A stretch of DNA of 64,000 nucleotides from Phycisphaerales bacterium. Lineage in GTDB: Bacteria; Planctomycetota; Phycisphaerae; Phycisphaerales; SM1A02. The DNA lies in contig SIAA01000007.1 of NCBI GenBank assembly GCA_009692045.1, forward strand, positions 3,202 through 67,201, given 5' to 3'. Of this stretch, positions 19,897 through 29,810 are shown piece by piece. Under the pieces are notes generated by a model. It ran no database searches. It was not told the DNA's origin and saw nothing but the letters and a program-made list of their open reading frames with translations. The position numbers and the translations under genes were made by a program. Position 1 is the first letter of the stretch, and every line of letters begins with the position of its first letter.

Positions 19897-20949
19897 CTAG
19901 GCGGGGGAGCGACCGATAGATCTTGCCACCTCGATCGCCTTAGCGATATCCGCTGCGCTCACATCAAGGTGCGTTACGGCGCGAATACGATTGGGATCAA
20001 GGGCGATGACGCGAACACCCGCATCAATCAGGCGCTGGGCAAATTGGGGCGCACCCCCGAGGGCACTATCAACAAAGAAGAAGACCATGTTGGACGGGGT
20101 CTGTTCGGCGGATACCTGCAGGTTCAGCCCCTGAATGCTCGTCAGCCCGCGAGCGAACTGCCTAGCGAGTGCGTGGTCGTCGGCCAATCTCGCAATGTTG
20201 TGGTCGAGGGCATAGAGCGCCGCCGCCGCCAGCAATCCACTTTGTCGCATTCCTCCGCCCAGATACTTGCGGACGCGCCGCGCCCGAGCGATCAGGTGGT
20301 TCGATCCACAAAGGGCACTGCCCACCGGGCAACCCAAACCCTTGGAGAAGCAGACGCTGACACTATCGGCATCCGCAACGAACTCGCGGGCGGAGTAGCC
20401 AGCTGCCACGGCGGCATTGAAGAGGCGAGCTCCGTCTACATGAACATGGAGCGCGTGTTGGTGAGCCATCCGCGCGACTGCTCGGAATGAATCAAGGGGC
20501 CACACCGAGCCGCCCCCGCGATTGTGAGTGTTTTCCACGACCAGCATGCGCGAGCGGGGATAGTGGACATCAGTGCTTCGTATGGCGGCGGCAACGGCCG
20601 CGTCATCGAACATTCCGCCCTCGCCACTCAAGGGCTGAATCATGCAGCCAGAGATGGCGGCCGGACCGCCCCCCTCATAGTGGATGATGTGGCTATCGCG
20701 GTGGGCGATCACCTCATCGGCTGGGTCGGTGGCACTCTTGATCGCCAGCTGATTCGCCATGGTGCCACTGGGCACGAATACTGCGGCCTCCTTGCCCAGA
20801 AGCGCAGCGATCCGTGCCTCCAACTTCTGAACAGTTGGCTCGTCACCAAGCACATCGTCACCAAGTGGGGCACTCCGCATGGCATCCCACATCGCGTCTG
20901 AGGGCTTGGTAACGGTGTCACTACGGAGGTCGATGGTTGTGCCGGGCAT
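19897..20949 (-). CDS. ltaE: Low-specificity L-threonine aldolase
   Basis: IDLRSDTVTKPSDAMWDAMRSAPLGDDVLGDEPTVQKLE, VPSGTMANQLAI, and the PLP-lysine context SVCFSKGLGCPVGS. Confidence 0.87.
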   Translation of the reverse strand: MPGTTIDLRSDTVTKPSDAMWDAMRSAPLGDDVLGDEPTVQKLEARIAALLGKEAAVFVPSGTMANQLAIKSATDPADEVIAHRDSHIIHYEGGGPAAISGCMIQPLSGEGGMFDDAAVAAAIRSTDVHYPRSRMLVVENTHNRGGGSVWPLDSFRAVARMAHQHALHVHVDGARLFNAAVAAGYSAREFVADADSVSVCFSKGLGCPVGSALCGSNHLIARARRVRKYLGGGMRQSGLLAAAALYALDHNIARLADDHALARQFARGLTSIQGLNLQVSAEQTPSNMVFFFVDSALGGAPQFAQRLIDAGVRVIALDPNRIRAVTHLDVSAADIAKAIEVARSIGRSPA

Positions 20950-20976
20950 AGTCAGATGTGATCCTAGCCCAACAGA

Positions 20977-21558
20977 TCAGAAGACTCCCCGCGAGGGAGT
21001 CTGGCCGCCCACGCTGACGAAACACACGCGAGTAATGGCCATTGACCCGTCGGGCTGGCGCGTGAGATCGAACTGCCAGCGTGTGCTGATGGCAAAGGAT
21101 GCCGCAGCTGTTGTCGTTCGGCAGGCGAGCTCAACTAGAGCGGCGTCATCATCAACGGTCGTGTAGTTCAGATCCACAATCTCATTTGATTCAATGCGGT
21201 TGGTACTGCTGAGCGAGTCGAGTCCGCGATCGATTTCCATACGACCATAAGAGGTGCCGCCCGGGCCGTACTGGAGAGTCGCCTCGGCCGCGAAGATCCG
21301 TCGAGCCGTGCTCAAGTCGCAGGCTGCTACCGCGGTCACCAAACGAGTGACGGTTTCGCGCGCCTGTTCCCCGGCGGTGATAGATTTTGACGCCACGAAC
21401 ACCAGCCCCGCCGCGCTCAAGATCAGCACCCAACCCGAGAGCAGCATGCGCTGCGAGCCCCCCCGCGACGAAGCTGCAACGATCAGTAACCCCACGGCGG
21501 CGAGTCCCAAGGCGAGAGGCCACGGGTTCTCCATCAGGGCGTTCATCTCGCTGCCCAT
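20977..21558 (-). CDS. Hypothetical membrane-anchored protein with an NTF2/SnoaL-like C-terminal region
   Basis: Two N-terminal hydrophobic helices (PLALGLAAVGLLIVAA, LLSGWVLILSAAGLVFVA), then a soluble domain of about 120 aa. No diagnostic motif. Confidence 0.45.
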   Translation of the reverse strand: MGSEMNALMENPWPLALGLAAVGLLIVAASSRGGSQRMLLSGWVLILSAAGLVFVASKSITAGEQARETVTRLVTAVAACDLSTARRIFAAEATLQYGPGGTSYGRMEIDRGLDSLSSTNRIESNEIVDLNYTTVDDDAALVELACRTTTAAASFAISTRWQFDLTRQPDGSMAITRVCFVSVGGQTPSRGVF

Positions 21559-21596
21559 GCTATGGTCGTCAGTAGTCAGCGGTCTACCATGGCAAC

Positions 21597-22313
21597 ATGG
21601 AAGTCTCGATTCACATTGACTATGGTCGACCCGTTCCCCTGTTTGTGACGGAGGGTGTGCCGCTCTTGCCCCATGGCGTGACTAGTTTTTACATGTTTGA
21701 GCCGCTCTACCGACAGATGATTGATGCCTGCCTGAAAGCTGCTCGCGGAGGTTCTCTGTTGCAAGCAGCTCCTTTCGCTGTGGCAACTGTGGCGGGGATG
21801 GGGATTGATGCCGCCACTCCCCGGTTGCGAGCGGCGGTGTGCGTCGGCAAGATTGTCAGGCACAAGTCATTGGTGGGTGGGAGTCACGAAATCTTGGTCC
21901 ACGGGGTCTGCCGCGCCCGCATTGTCTCCATGGACGAGGCTAGCGGTGAGCGTCTCTATCGACGCGCCCGACTTGAGCCAGTTGCTGACCAGCACCGAAA
22001 ACCTGCAACTCTTGCCTCAGCCCGAGCAGGGCTGGAGCAAATGCTCAAGGGATCGCAGCTGCAGAAGATGGAGTCTGCGCGGCAGGTTGCTCTCTTGATC
22101 GCTCAGCAGGGTCTGCCACCAGCTGTCGCTTTGGAACTCGCGGGATTTGTGCTGATTCGTGATGCTGAAGTGCGGTATCAACTGCTGGAGGAACCGGACC
22201 CGCGTCGACGGGCCAAGTTGGTATGGAGGCAGGTTCGTCGCCTCGAAGCCCTCATCGCCATGGCAGAGAAACAGTCGCAGAGTGAGTGGCCCAGGGGAGT
22301 CAGTTGGAACTAA
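21597..22313 (+). CDS. Stand-alone LON substrate-binding (Lon N-terminal) domain protein
   Basis: PLFVTEGVPLLPHGVTSFYMFEPLYRQMI matches the start of the Lon N-domain (PLFPL..VLFPG....L.IFEPRY). About 230 aa, with no AAA+ or protease part. Confidence 0.68.
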   Translation: MEVSIHIDYGRPVPLFVTEGVPLLPHGVTSFYMFEPLYRQMIDACLKAARGGSLLQAAPFAVATVAGMGIDAATPRLRAAVCVGKIVRHKSLVGGSHEILVHGVCRARIVSMDEASGERLYRRARLEPVADQHRKPATLASARAGLEQMLKGSQLQKMESARQVALLIAQQGLPPAVALELAGFVLIRDAEVRYQLLEEPDPRRRAKLVWRQVRRLEALIAMAEKQSQSEWPRGVSWN

Positions 22314-22360
22314 TCTGTGCGCTAGCCGACGGGGGCGATTCGCTCCATGCCGCTGCTCCC

Positions 22361-23083
22361 ATGAAACTAGCCGTGTTCGACATCGATGGCACACTGACTG
22401 CAACCCAGTCGCTCGATGAGCAGCTCTATCAGAGGGCGATCCATGAAGTGCTTGGGGTGAGCGGGATCTCAACCGACTGGGGCGCATACGACCATTCGAC
22501 TGATGAGGCAATCGTGGCGCAGATCATTCGTGAGAAGTTGCAGAGACAACACAGCAGTGAGGAAATCGCGCTGGTGCGAGATCGCTTCGTAGACCTGATT
22601 CAGGAGGCGGGGGCAGACAATTTTCAGGAGATCACCGGAGCCCAAGCCATGCTGGGGGCACTCGCCTCAGAGGGCTGGAGCCACGCCATCGCCAGCGGAG
22701 GATGGAGTCAGTCGGCCTGCATCAAGTTGGCTCGCGCAGGTTTCAGTGGAGTTCAACCTCGACGCGAGCTTCCAATTACCGAAGTTTGTGGGGTCCCAGC
22801 CGCATTCGCCGAAGATGGTTGGCCTCGGGCGCAGATAATCACCACCGCCGTTGAGCGCGCTCGTGCCCGGTACGGCGCCCCTAGTCAGGTGGTTTATGTG
22901 GGAGACGGCAGCTGGGATGTCATAGCGGCGCGCCAGTGCGGGATGGGGTGCGTAGGAATTGGCTTTGGCCCACGGGCGGATACATTGCGCAGTGTTGGTG
23001 CTTCGGGCGTGGTAGCGGACTACCGCGACCTTCCAGAGTTCTTCAGCGCGCTGACACGGGCGGCGCATCAGGAGGTCAGTTGA
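22361..23083 (+). CDS. HAD-superfamily hydrolase
   Basis: Motif I MKLAVFDIDGTLT at the chosen ATG (22361), and motif IV VYVGDGSWDV. Confidence 0.8.
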   Translation: MKLAVFDIDGTLTATQSLDEQLYQRAIHEVLGVSGISTDWGAYDHSTDEAIVAQIIREKLQRQHSSEEIALVRDRFVDLIQEAGADNFQEITGAQAMLGALASEGWSHAIASGGWSQSACIKLARAGFSGVQPRRELPITEVCGVPAAFAEDGWPRAQIITTAVERARARYGAPSQVVYVGDGSWDVIAARQCGMGCVGIGFGPRADTLRSVGASGVVADYRDLPEFFSALTRAAHQEVS

Positions 23084-23085
23084 AC

Positions 23086-23682
23086 ATGCGAGGCCAAGGT
23101 GAAACAGGTTGGTTTACAAGTTGGTTTGTCGGGGGTCTGCTTTGCGTCGGCGTAGTGTTACTGCTGGCGGTCATCGCTTGGGTGATTGGCATCTACAACG
23201 GATTGCAGCGACTCCGGGTGGCCTACGAGACGACCTTTGCTTCGATCGAAGTTCAACTGAAGCGGCGCCACGATCTCATTCCCAATCTGGTGGAGGCGGT
23301 GAAGGGATATGCCGCGCACGAGAGAGGTACATTTGAAGAGGTGATCAAGGCGCGTGCCGCCGCACAAAGCGCGGGGACAATCGCCGAAAAGGTCGGCGCC
23401 GAGAATCAACTCTCCGGTGCTCTGGGTCGTCTCTTCGCCATCTCCGAGGCCTACCCCGACCTCAAGGCCAACCAGAACTTTCTACAACTGCAAGGCACGC
23501 TCGCCCAAACCGAGACGAGCATTGGGTTCAGCCGTGATGGCTACAACGGCAGCGTTCGCGAGTTCAACACGCAGCTTGCCGTGTTCCCCTCCAACATCAT
23601 CGGTGGGATATTTGGTTTCAAGGCCGCGCTCTTCTTTCAGGCCTCTGAAGCCGATCGCGCCACTCCTGTGGTCAAGTTCTAG
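23086..23682 (+). CDS. lemA: LemA-family membrane protein
   Basis: N-terminal TM helix, then YNGLQRLRVAYETTFASIEVQLKRRHDLIPNLVEAVKGYAAHE....YPDLKANQNF..LQ, typical of LemA. The ATG at 23086 lies 2 nt after the HAD stop. Confidence 0.85.
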   Translation: MRGQGETGWFTSWFVGGLLCVGVVLLLAVIAWVIGIYNGLQRLRVAYETTFASIEVQLKRRHDLIPNLVEAVKGYAAHERGTFEEVIKARAAAQSAGTIAEKVGAENQLSGALGRLFAISEAYPDLKANQNFLQLQGTLAQTETSIGFSRDGYNGSVREFNTQLAVFPSNIIGGIFGFKAALFFQASEADRATPVVKF

Positions 23683-23696
23683 GAAGGGCACGCGCG

Positions 23697-24734
23697 ATGG
23701 CGAAGGACCGCATCGTTGCCGGGCAGAAGCAGGAGGCAGATCCCGAGCAAACTGGCTCGGCTCTGCGCCCGCGCATGCTGGTGGACTACATCGGTCAGGC
23801 TCGATTGAAAGAACGACTTTCCATCGCTCTCCAAGCCGTGCGCGGACGCGGGGAACCCATGGAGCATGTCTTGCTCCACGGGCCACCAGGCCTAGGTAAG
23901 ACCACCCTTGCCCATGTGATCGCGGGCGAGATGGGGACGCATGCTTTCGTCACCAGCGGGCCCGCCCTCACCAAGGCCGGTGATCTCGTGGGACTCCTCA
24001 CCAAACTGGAGGCTCGCGATGTGTTGTTCATCGATGAGATTCACCGTCTGCCGCCGGCAGTGGAGGAGTACATCTACCCTGCGATGGAGGATTGTCAGAT
24101 CGACTTCACTGTCGACTCGGGCATGCATGCCAAGACGGTGACGATTGGATTGCAGCCCTTCACGCTGATTGGGGCCACAACTCGCCCAGGAATGCTCACG
24201 CACGCTCTGCGCACACGCTTCGGTCTCTCCCATCACATTTCGTTTTATCCCGAGAGCGAGATCGAACTGATCCTGCAGCGCGCCGCGGGGCTCATGGGAG
24301 TGATCAAGATCAAGTCGGACTCTCTCGCCGCCCTCGCATCACGCAGCCGCGGGACTCCGCGCGTCGCTCTGCGACTGCTGCGCCGAGTGCGCGATTTCGC
24401 GGCGGTGCGCGCGGATGGGCAGTTTGGTCCGGGCGTGATTGCTGATGCGATGGAGTTGGAAGGAGTCGACTCTTTGGGCTTAGATGAACTAGATCGCAGT
24501 TACCTGCGGGTGATCGCCACCACATATGGAGGCGGCCCGGTAGGACTTGAGGCCATCGCCGCGACCCTGGGCGAGGATGGGGGAACTCTGGAGGATGTGG
24601 TAGAGCCATACCTGTTGCAGGTGGGGTTTCTGGCGAGAACTCGGCAGGGACGCTGCCTGACCCAGGCGGCAGCCGAACATGTTGGACTGCCCTGGCGTGA
24701 GCCACAGCAACCCAGCGAAGCGCTGTTTGGATAA
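23697..24734 (+). CDS. ruvB: Holliday junction branch-migration helicase RuvB
   Basis: LRPRMLVDYIGQ, Walker A GPPGLGKTTLA, Walker B LFIDEIHRL, TLIGATTRPGMLT, and SRGTPRVALRLLRRVRD. Confidence 0.95.
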   Translation: MAKDRIVAGQKQEADPEQTGSALRPRMLVDYIGQARLKERLSIALQAVRGRGEPMEHVLLHGPPGLGKTTLAHVIAGEMGTHAFVTSGPALTKAGDLVGLLTKLEARDVLFIDEIHRLPPAVEEYIYPAMEDCQIDFTVDSGMHAKTVTIGLQPFTLIGATTRPGMLTHALRTRFGLSHHISFYPESEIELILQRAAGLMGVIKIKSDSLAALASRSRGTPRVALRLLRRVRDFAAVRADGQFGPGVIADAMELEGVDSLGLDELDRSYLRVIATTYGGGPVGLEAIAATLGEDGGTLEDVVEPYLLQVGFLARTRQGRCLTQAAAEHVGLPWREPQQPSEALFG

Positions 24735-24743
24735 CAACCGGCC

Positions 24744-27700
24744 CTACTGTGCGGGCTGATCGGTGTAGAGAGCGCTCAGGGCGCGCGAGGAAACCCCGGT
24801 GCCGCCTCCGGTGGCATTGATCCGAAGAGCGAGGCTGAAGAAACTCTCTTGCACAATCGCGTCATAGCCGTAGCCGAGACGCAAGTCGAAGTCGGGAAAT
24901 GTTCGATCGAGCGTCGCGCCGAATGCGCGGAAATCGTTGGCGACCAAGTCCCACTGAGGCGTCATAGTGAGGGAGTACTTCTTGGAAATCTGATAGGCCA
25001 CACCACCCTGAATGAACTCGTCCGCCGGATAGGTTCCGGTGTCGTCGAATGTATTGACATAGCGATACTCGCAGAAGAGGCGCACATCGGGAGACTGCTG
25101 CACCGAAGTCCCTAGCGTCCCTCGAGCTAGGTCACTGAGTCCGAAACTGTTGACGCTGTTCTCGCGTGACTGCTCCAGCACATAGGAGCCCTGGCCATAT
25201 AGCGAGAGAGCATCGCTCGCCTGCCACTTCATGCGGGCGTAGATGTGGTCTCCCCACTGGGAATACTCGGGGCGCCACGAATAAAACACCGGTGCGGGTG
25301 CTTGCCCATACTGAAGTGAGGCGGGCAAGCTGGAGTTGGACTGCTGGTAGGAGCTGCCTTTACTGTCGAGCACTCCACCCACATTGAAGGAGAGGAAGTC
25401 GACCGAGTGCCACGCTCCCGGGCCGCCGCGCATGGTCTGCAGCGTCTGGTCGAGGGCGAGGTGCATGGCAGCTGCAGCGGAAATAGCCTCGACCTCCTGG
25501 TCATACACGGGTTGATTCAGAGGTGAGCCGGAGTCCCATCCATACCAAAGTGTTCCGTTGGGTTTCACAATGTGCCGAAGGCGATGCAGATCAAATGCCC
25601 GGCTCTGTACGGTGTCGAAACTCTGGGTGAACTCCGCCGATCCTCGAGCGCCGCCCGCTACCAGGAATCGGTAGTTCTGGGCGTTGCTGTTGTAGTCCTG
25701 AAAATCTCCATTCAGATAGCCGATGCCTGTCGCGGAGGTGAAGGGGGTGAGGCAACCGCCAGCGAACCGGATCGGCGCCGCCAGTTCCTGACGGGTGTAG
25801 ATGCGGCTGCGAAAGGTGTTGTCGTAGCCAGCATCGGCGTACTCGGCGGAAACCGAATCCGTGCTGGCAAAACTTTGAGCGAAGGCAAGTTGGTTGATGC
25901 CTAGATTCGCCGGGGTTCCGCTGGTCACCTTCAGCTGCATGGCATTGGCCGAATACTCGCTCGACCATGTCACCGACTCGTCGAAGAGGCTGTCGCCATA
26001 GCGCGCATAGGCGGCCTCCGGAATCTTATTGACGCTGTAGGGCCGACTGGCCAGCATGTAGGAGTTGGAGACAAAGTCGTTGATGTTGAAAACGCCCTGC
26101 AGCGAGAAAGTGCTGTTGCCAGTGGATGAATCGAGCAACGCGCTCGAGGTGTATTCGCGGTGCTCGGCGAACTCATCCCAGCGAAATGTGTTGATAAAGG
26201 TCGAATCGCTGATGTATGCCATCTGAAACTGGAGCAGCATGGTGTCCTCGGGCCGATTCGTGTACTCGCCTAGGGCGTAGCCGCGCGCGGCATCGCTGCT
26301 GGTGACGGTGCCGCCGCTGGAAGTTCTCTCTTGGTTCTGGAAGTCATAGAACCCGAAGCCCTCAAGGCGCGCCTCGCCATCATCATTGCTAGCGAACCTT
26401 GCGCCGATCCCCACGCCGTTCTTCGAGTAAATCTCGTTGAAGAGTTCCCCTTCGACTCCCCTGGGCGGCGCGATTCCGAGCAGTTGCCACACATCCCAGG
26501 TGGAGTCCACTGCGGCACCTTGATAGTCATTGAATCCCATGTTGATGGACTTCAGCGGCATGTCCTGGGGAGTTCCGGAAAACTGCGGCCAGTAAAAGAA
26601 GGGCGTGCCATTGGCGCGAAGAGTGGCATCTTCGCCCTCAACCCAAGTGTCGCCGTTGGCCAGTGTCGATATCTGTATGCGCTCCACTCCCACCGAGAGA
26701 TGAGGCGTGAAGAACTCGCTCATCGAGACGCTTGCCGAATCGGCTTCCCACTGGTCGGCGGCGAGTTGCCTCATTTCCTTGGCTCGAGCGATGACAGGGA
26801 TGCCGCTGCGCATGGCTGTGCGCAGCACGGCGTCGAGGATTATGGCGCGATTCGCCCGTAGGTCGTAATAGATGCGGTTGCCGCGCAGCGTGTAAGAGAA
26901 ATCGGTGGCGACCACTCCGCCCTCGAGATAAATCCCCGAGACCTTGGAGGCATCCAGAACGCCCTCGCCACTTCTCTGCATGCCAATGGTGCCAGGATGC
27001 AGAAAGATCACCGTGCGCTCGGCCGAGAGTTGCAGGTCCTGGCCGCCGCGCATGGATCGGTAGTCCACCATTACGCCGCCCACGATGGCAATCGAGTCGT
27101 CAGCTTCATTGACTTCGATGGTCTCTCCATAGAAGGAGAGCACGCCCTGCGGCGAAATGATGGCGGACTCCCGGGGCCGAGTCGTGGTGGCGCGCCGCGG
27201 TGTGACTGTGCTAGCGGAGGCGGCAGCGGGAGAGGCGCCCACTTCGATCGCAGTCTCGATCACGGGAGCGGGCGCCTGCAAGGAGGGCAGCGCTGTGAGT
27301 GAGGCGCCGCCTGCAGCTATTGAAGACAGGTAGTTGGCAAGCCGATCCTGAGCCTGCGAGAGATCAGTGCTGGTGGCAGGGCGATGGGGATAAGTCTCAA
27401 CGAGGCTGAGAATCACCTCGCCCATGGCGCTTCCCGTCACTAGCAAGTTCGTGCCAGCAGCACCGAGGCCGGCACGCCGAGTGGGCTCAGTTGCCGTGGG
27501 GAAAAATATGGCGAGTTGATTGATGAGCCCCTTCTCCGAGGGGATGCGATCGATCCACAAAAATGCCTTAGGTGAGGCGAACTGGTATGCCCCGAATGAA
27601 AGTCTCACATCTCCTTCGAGCTGCAAACGCTGAGTATCGTCCTCGCGCCAACTCCAGCCCCGCACTGCCTCAATGCGGATATCCGACTGCAGAGGCAGTG

Positions 27701-27857
27701 ATGGCAGTACGAATCCTCCCAGTGATCCGCCCGTGATGGGGACTTCGACCGTGTCCTGCCGCGCCATTGCTGAAGCGGCACCTGCCAGAGTCAGTGCCAC
27801 TAGCACCACCGACCACTCCATCACACCACGCCAAGGGATGTTGCTCGCCGCGCGCAC
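24744..27857 (-). CDS. Large outer-membrane beta-barrel protein, LptD/OstA-like
   Basis: Signal peptide (VVLVALTLAGAASA). The N-terminal OstA-like segment (IRIEAVRGWSWREDDTQRLQLEGDVRLSFGAYQF) recurs later (LSAERTVIFL...IYLEGGVVATD...LRGNRIYYD). The C-terminal half has alternating aromatic/Gly-rich beta-strand character. The family assignment is tentative. Confidence 0.5.
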   Translation of the reverse strand: MRAASNIPWRGVMEWSVVLVALTLAGAASAMARQDTVEVPITGGSLGGFVLPSLPLQSDIRIEAVRGWSWREDDTQRLQLEGDVRLSFGAYQFASPKAFLWIDRIPSEKGLINQLAIFFPTATEPTRRAGLGAAGTNLLVTGSAMGEVILSLVETYPHRPATSTDLSQAQDRLANYLSSIAAGGASLTALPSLQAPAPVIETAIEVGASPAAASASTVTPRRATTTRPRESAIISPQGVLSFYGETIEVNEADDSIAIVGGVMVDYRSMRGGQDLQLSAERTVIFLHPGTIGMQRSGEGVLDASKVSGIYLEGGVVATDFSYTLRGNRIYYDLRANRAIILDAVLRTAMRSGIPVIARAKEMRQLAADQWEADSASVSMSEFFTPHLSVGVERIQISTLANGDTWVEGEDATLRANGTPFFYWPQFSGTPQDMPLKSINMGFNDYQGAAVDSTWDVWQLLGIAPPRGVEGELFNEIYSKNGVGIGARFASNDDGEARLEGFGFYDFQNQERTSSGGTVTSSDAARGYALGEYTNRPEDTMLLQFQMAYISDSTFINTFRWDEFAEHREYTSSALLDSSTGNSTFSLQGVFNINDFVSNSYMLASRPYSVNKIPEAAYARYGDSLFDESVTWSSEYSANAMQLKVTSGTPANLGINQLAFAQSFASTDSVSAEYADAGYDNTFRSRIYTRQELAAPIRFAGGCLTPFTSATGIGYLNGDFQDYNSNAQNYRFLVAGGARGSAEFTQSFDTVQSRAFDLHRLRHIVKPNGTLWYGWDSGSPLNQPVYDQEVEAISAAAAMHLALDQTLQTMRGGPGAWHSVDFLSFNVGGVLDSKGSSYQQSNSSLPASLQYGQAPAPVFYSWRPEYSQWGDHIYARMKWQASDALSLYGQGSYVLEQSRENSVNSFGLSDLARGTLGTSVQQSPDVRLFCEYRYVNTFDDTGTYPADEFIQGGVAYQISKKYSLTMTPQWDLVANDFRAFGATLDRTFPDFDLRLGYGYDAIVQESFFSLALRINATGGGTGVSSRALSALYTDQPAQ

Positions 27858-27885
27858 TCACTCCGCATCGTACTAGGCAGCATCA

Positions 27886-28869
27886 TCAGCCGCGCCAGCC
27901 GACTGGCTTGCCAAACAGCGTGGCCACCTCGCGAGCGAATATGGAGAGAGTGAACCCGATAAGCGCCAGCGCCCCAGTCGCCCACGCTCCCGTAACTAGA
28001 TTGCAGCCGATGAGCCAAGACATGGCGTATACAGCCTGCCAGAGCGAGCCGTACCTGATCAGTTTGTCTGCAGCCGACTTGGGGGACTTGGCGCGCGCGA
28101 TTTTCAGTTTGGCAACGAGGATGAATGCGACAACGGCAATCACTGGGGGCAAGAGCACCTTCCATGGTTCACCGGGCCAGTATCCGGCGGAGCCTGCTTG
28201 GGTCACGCCGGCGAAGAGCAGGGCGGCTGACCAAAAAATCCAGCCAGCGAACACGCCAACCATCATGCGCCGATCGATGCGAGGTCGTTTGTCCTCGAGT
28301 GAATAGGAAATGGCAGCGATCGCCATAGCGTGAGTCATGGCCAACCAAATGGGAAGAGTGAATGTCATCTGGGCATTAGGGATGAGCATGTGTCCGGCAT
28401 GCACCAAACCCAGCAACACCACGCCAACTGCAGGCAGGTACTTGCCAGCGACATTGAAGAGCACGATCCCTGCCGCACTGAGCAGGCACAGCACCAGTGC
28501 CCACTCTCCCAGAGGGAGCGCCGCAGCAAATGCCGTGAGCAGCGACCCAACAACGATCACCAGAACCTGAGCCGAAGTGAGATCGCCGGCTGGTATCGGT
28601 CGGTAAGGGCTGAATGCTCGATCGTGTCGTGAGTCCAGAAAGTCGTTCAGAGCCGCGCCAAACGCGAACAGGCCCAGAGCTGTAGCCGCGGTGCACAAAA
28701 GAGCAGTCGGCAGTGGCATGTCGTAGACAGGCAAATAGCTATAGCGTGGATCAGCGCGGGTGAGCAGAGCGATGAGCCACACTTCGGCCACGGCTCCGAG
28801 TGCCATGCCAGCACGGGTGACCTCGGTCAGCGCGACGAACTTTCCCAGCAACCGGTTCACAGAGGGCAA
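27886..28869 (-). CDS. UbiA-superfamily prenyltransferase, substrate unknown
   Basis: About 8-9 TM helices. First Asp-rich motif NDFLDSRHD followed by RPIPAGD; second acidic patch LEDKRPRID. Confidence 0.72.
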   Translation of the reverse strand: MPSVNRLLGKFVALTEVTRAGMALGAVAEVWLIALLTRADPRYSYLPVYDMPLPTALLCTAATALGLFAFGAALNDFLDSRHDRAFSPYRPIPAGDLTSAQVLVIVVGSLLTAFAAALPLGEWALVLCLLSAAGIVLFNVAGKYLPAVGVVLLGLVHAGHMLIPNAQMTFTLPIWLAMTHAMAIAAISYSLEDKRPRIDRRMMVGVFAGWIFWSAALLFAGVTQAGSAGYWPGEPWKVLLPPVIAVVAFILVAKLKIARAKSPKSAADKLIRYGSLWQAVYAMSWLIGCNLVTGAWATGALALIGFTLSIFAREVATLFGKPVGWRG

Positions 28870-28920
28870 AGTTAGACGCTTGCCACCACGCGCGCCATTT
28901 GGCTAGGATCGCTCCCCCTA

Positions 28921-29403
28921 ATGGCGCACCAACAGTCCAACCGCAGTGTTAGCAGCAAAGGCCTTCGCATGGCGGTCGCTGTGAGCCGCTACCACAGTGA
29001 GATCACTGAGCAGCTGCTCAGTGGGGCGCGGGATGCATTCCTTGCAGCCGGTGGCGCCAAGCGTGACTTCCTGTCGGCGGAAGCCCCGGGTTCTTACGAA
29101 CTGATTGCGGTCTCTCTTGCTCTGGCCAAGCACAAGCGAATCGATGGGATTGTTGCTCTCGGCTGTGTTCTCACCGGTGAGACCAGCCACGATAGATACA
29201 TTTGCGAGGCGGTCGCCAGCGGCCTGGCGGCGATCACACTAAAGACAGGCAAGCCGGTGGCATTCGGACTGCTCACCTGCCAGACGCTGCAGCAGGCTCA
29301 GGCGCGCGCCGGTGGAAATCGGGGCAACAAGGGCGAAGAGGCAATGATGGCAGCAGTAGCCTGCGTTCGCGAGTGCCAGCGGATCGAGAGCATGCGCCGA
29401 TGA
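28921..29403 (+). CDS. ribH: 6,7-dimethyl-8-ribityllumazine synthase
   Basis: RMAVAVSRYHSEITEQLLSGA, EAPGSYELI, DGIVALGCVLTGETSHDRYICEAVASGL, and PVAFGLLTC. Confidence 0.9.
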   Translation: MAHQQSNRSVSSKGLRMAVAVSRYHSEITEQLLSGARDAFLAAGGAKRDFLSAEAPGSYELIAVSLALAKHKRIDGIVALGCVLTGETSHDRYICEAVASGLAAITLKTGKPVAFGLLTCQTLQQAQARAGGNRGNKGEEAMMAAVACVRECQRIESMRR

Positions 29404-29807
29404 GTTCTGCTCGCGACTTCAGGCGGTGCGCCTTACAGGCGATGTACCAGTTTGACTCGGGCTCAGCCGACAACCCCCAGGGTGTTCTGGAGACACTCGC
29501 CGACAGCCCAGGAGGTGAAGCGGCGCACTCGCGCGGAATGAACTTGGCAACGCTCGCGTGGGAGCACCGCGAAGAGGCCGACAAGGCCGTAGCCGCAAGG
29601 GCGCCCGAGTGGCCCACGCAGCGTCAGCCCATCATCGATCGCAACATCTTGCGATTGGGAATCTACGAGATGCGCCACGAAAATACCCCAGCCGGCGTGG
29701 TCATTTCCGAAGCGGTGGAGCTTGCCAAGGAGTTCGGTACCGACAAGAGCGCGAGTTTCGTCAACGCCCTTCTTGACAGCATTCTGCATGAAGCAGAGGC
29801 GGAATAA
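29400..29807 (+). CDS. nusB: Transcription antitermination factor NusB
   Basis: ARDFRRCALQAMYQFD and IDRNILRLGIYEM....P..VVISEAVELAKEFG....ASFVNALLD. ATGA overlap with the ribH stop. ribH-nusB is a widely conserved pair. Confidence 0.86.
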   Translation: MSSARDFRRCALQAMYQFDSGSADNPQGVLETLADSPGGEAAHSRGMNLATLAWEHREEADKAVAARAPEWPTQRQPIIDRNILRLGIYEMRHENTPAGVVISEAVELAKEFGTDKSASFVNALLDSILHEAEAE

Positions 29808-29810
29808 ACA

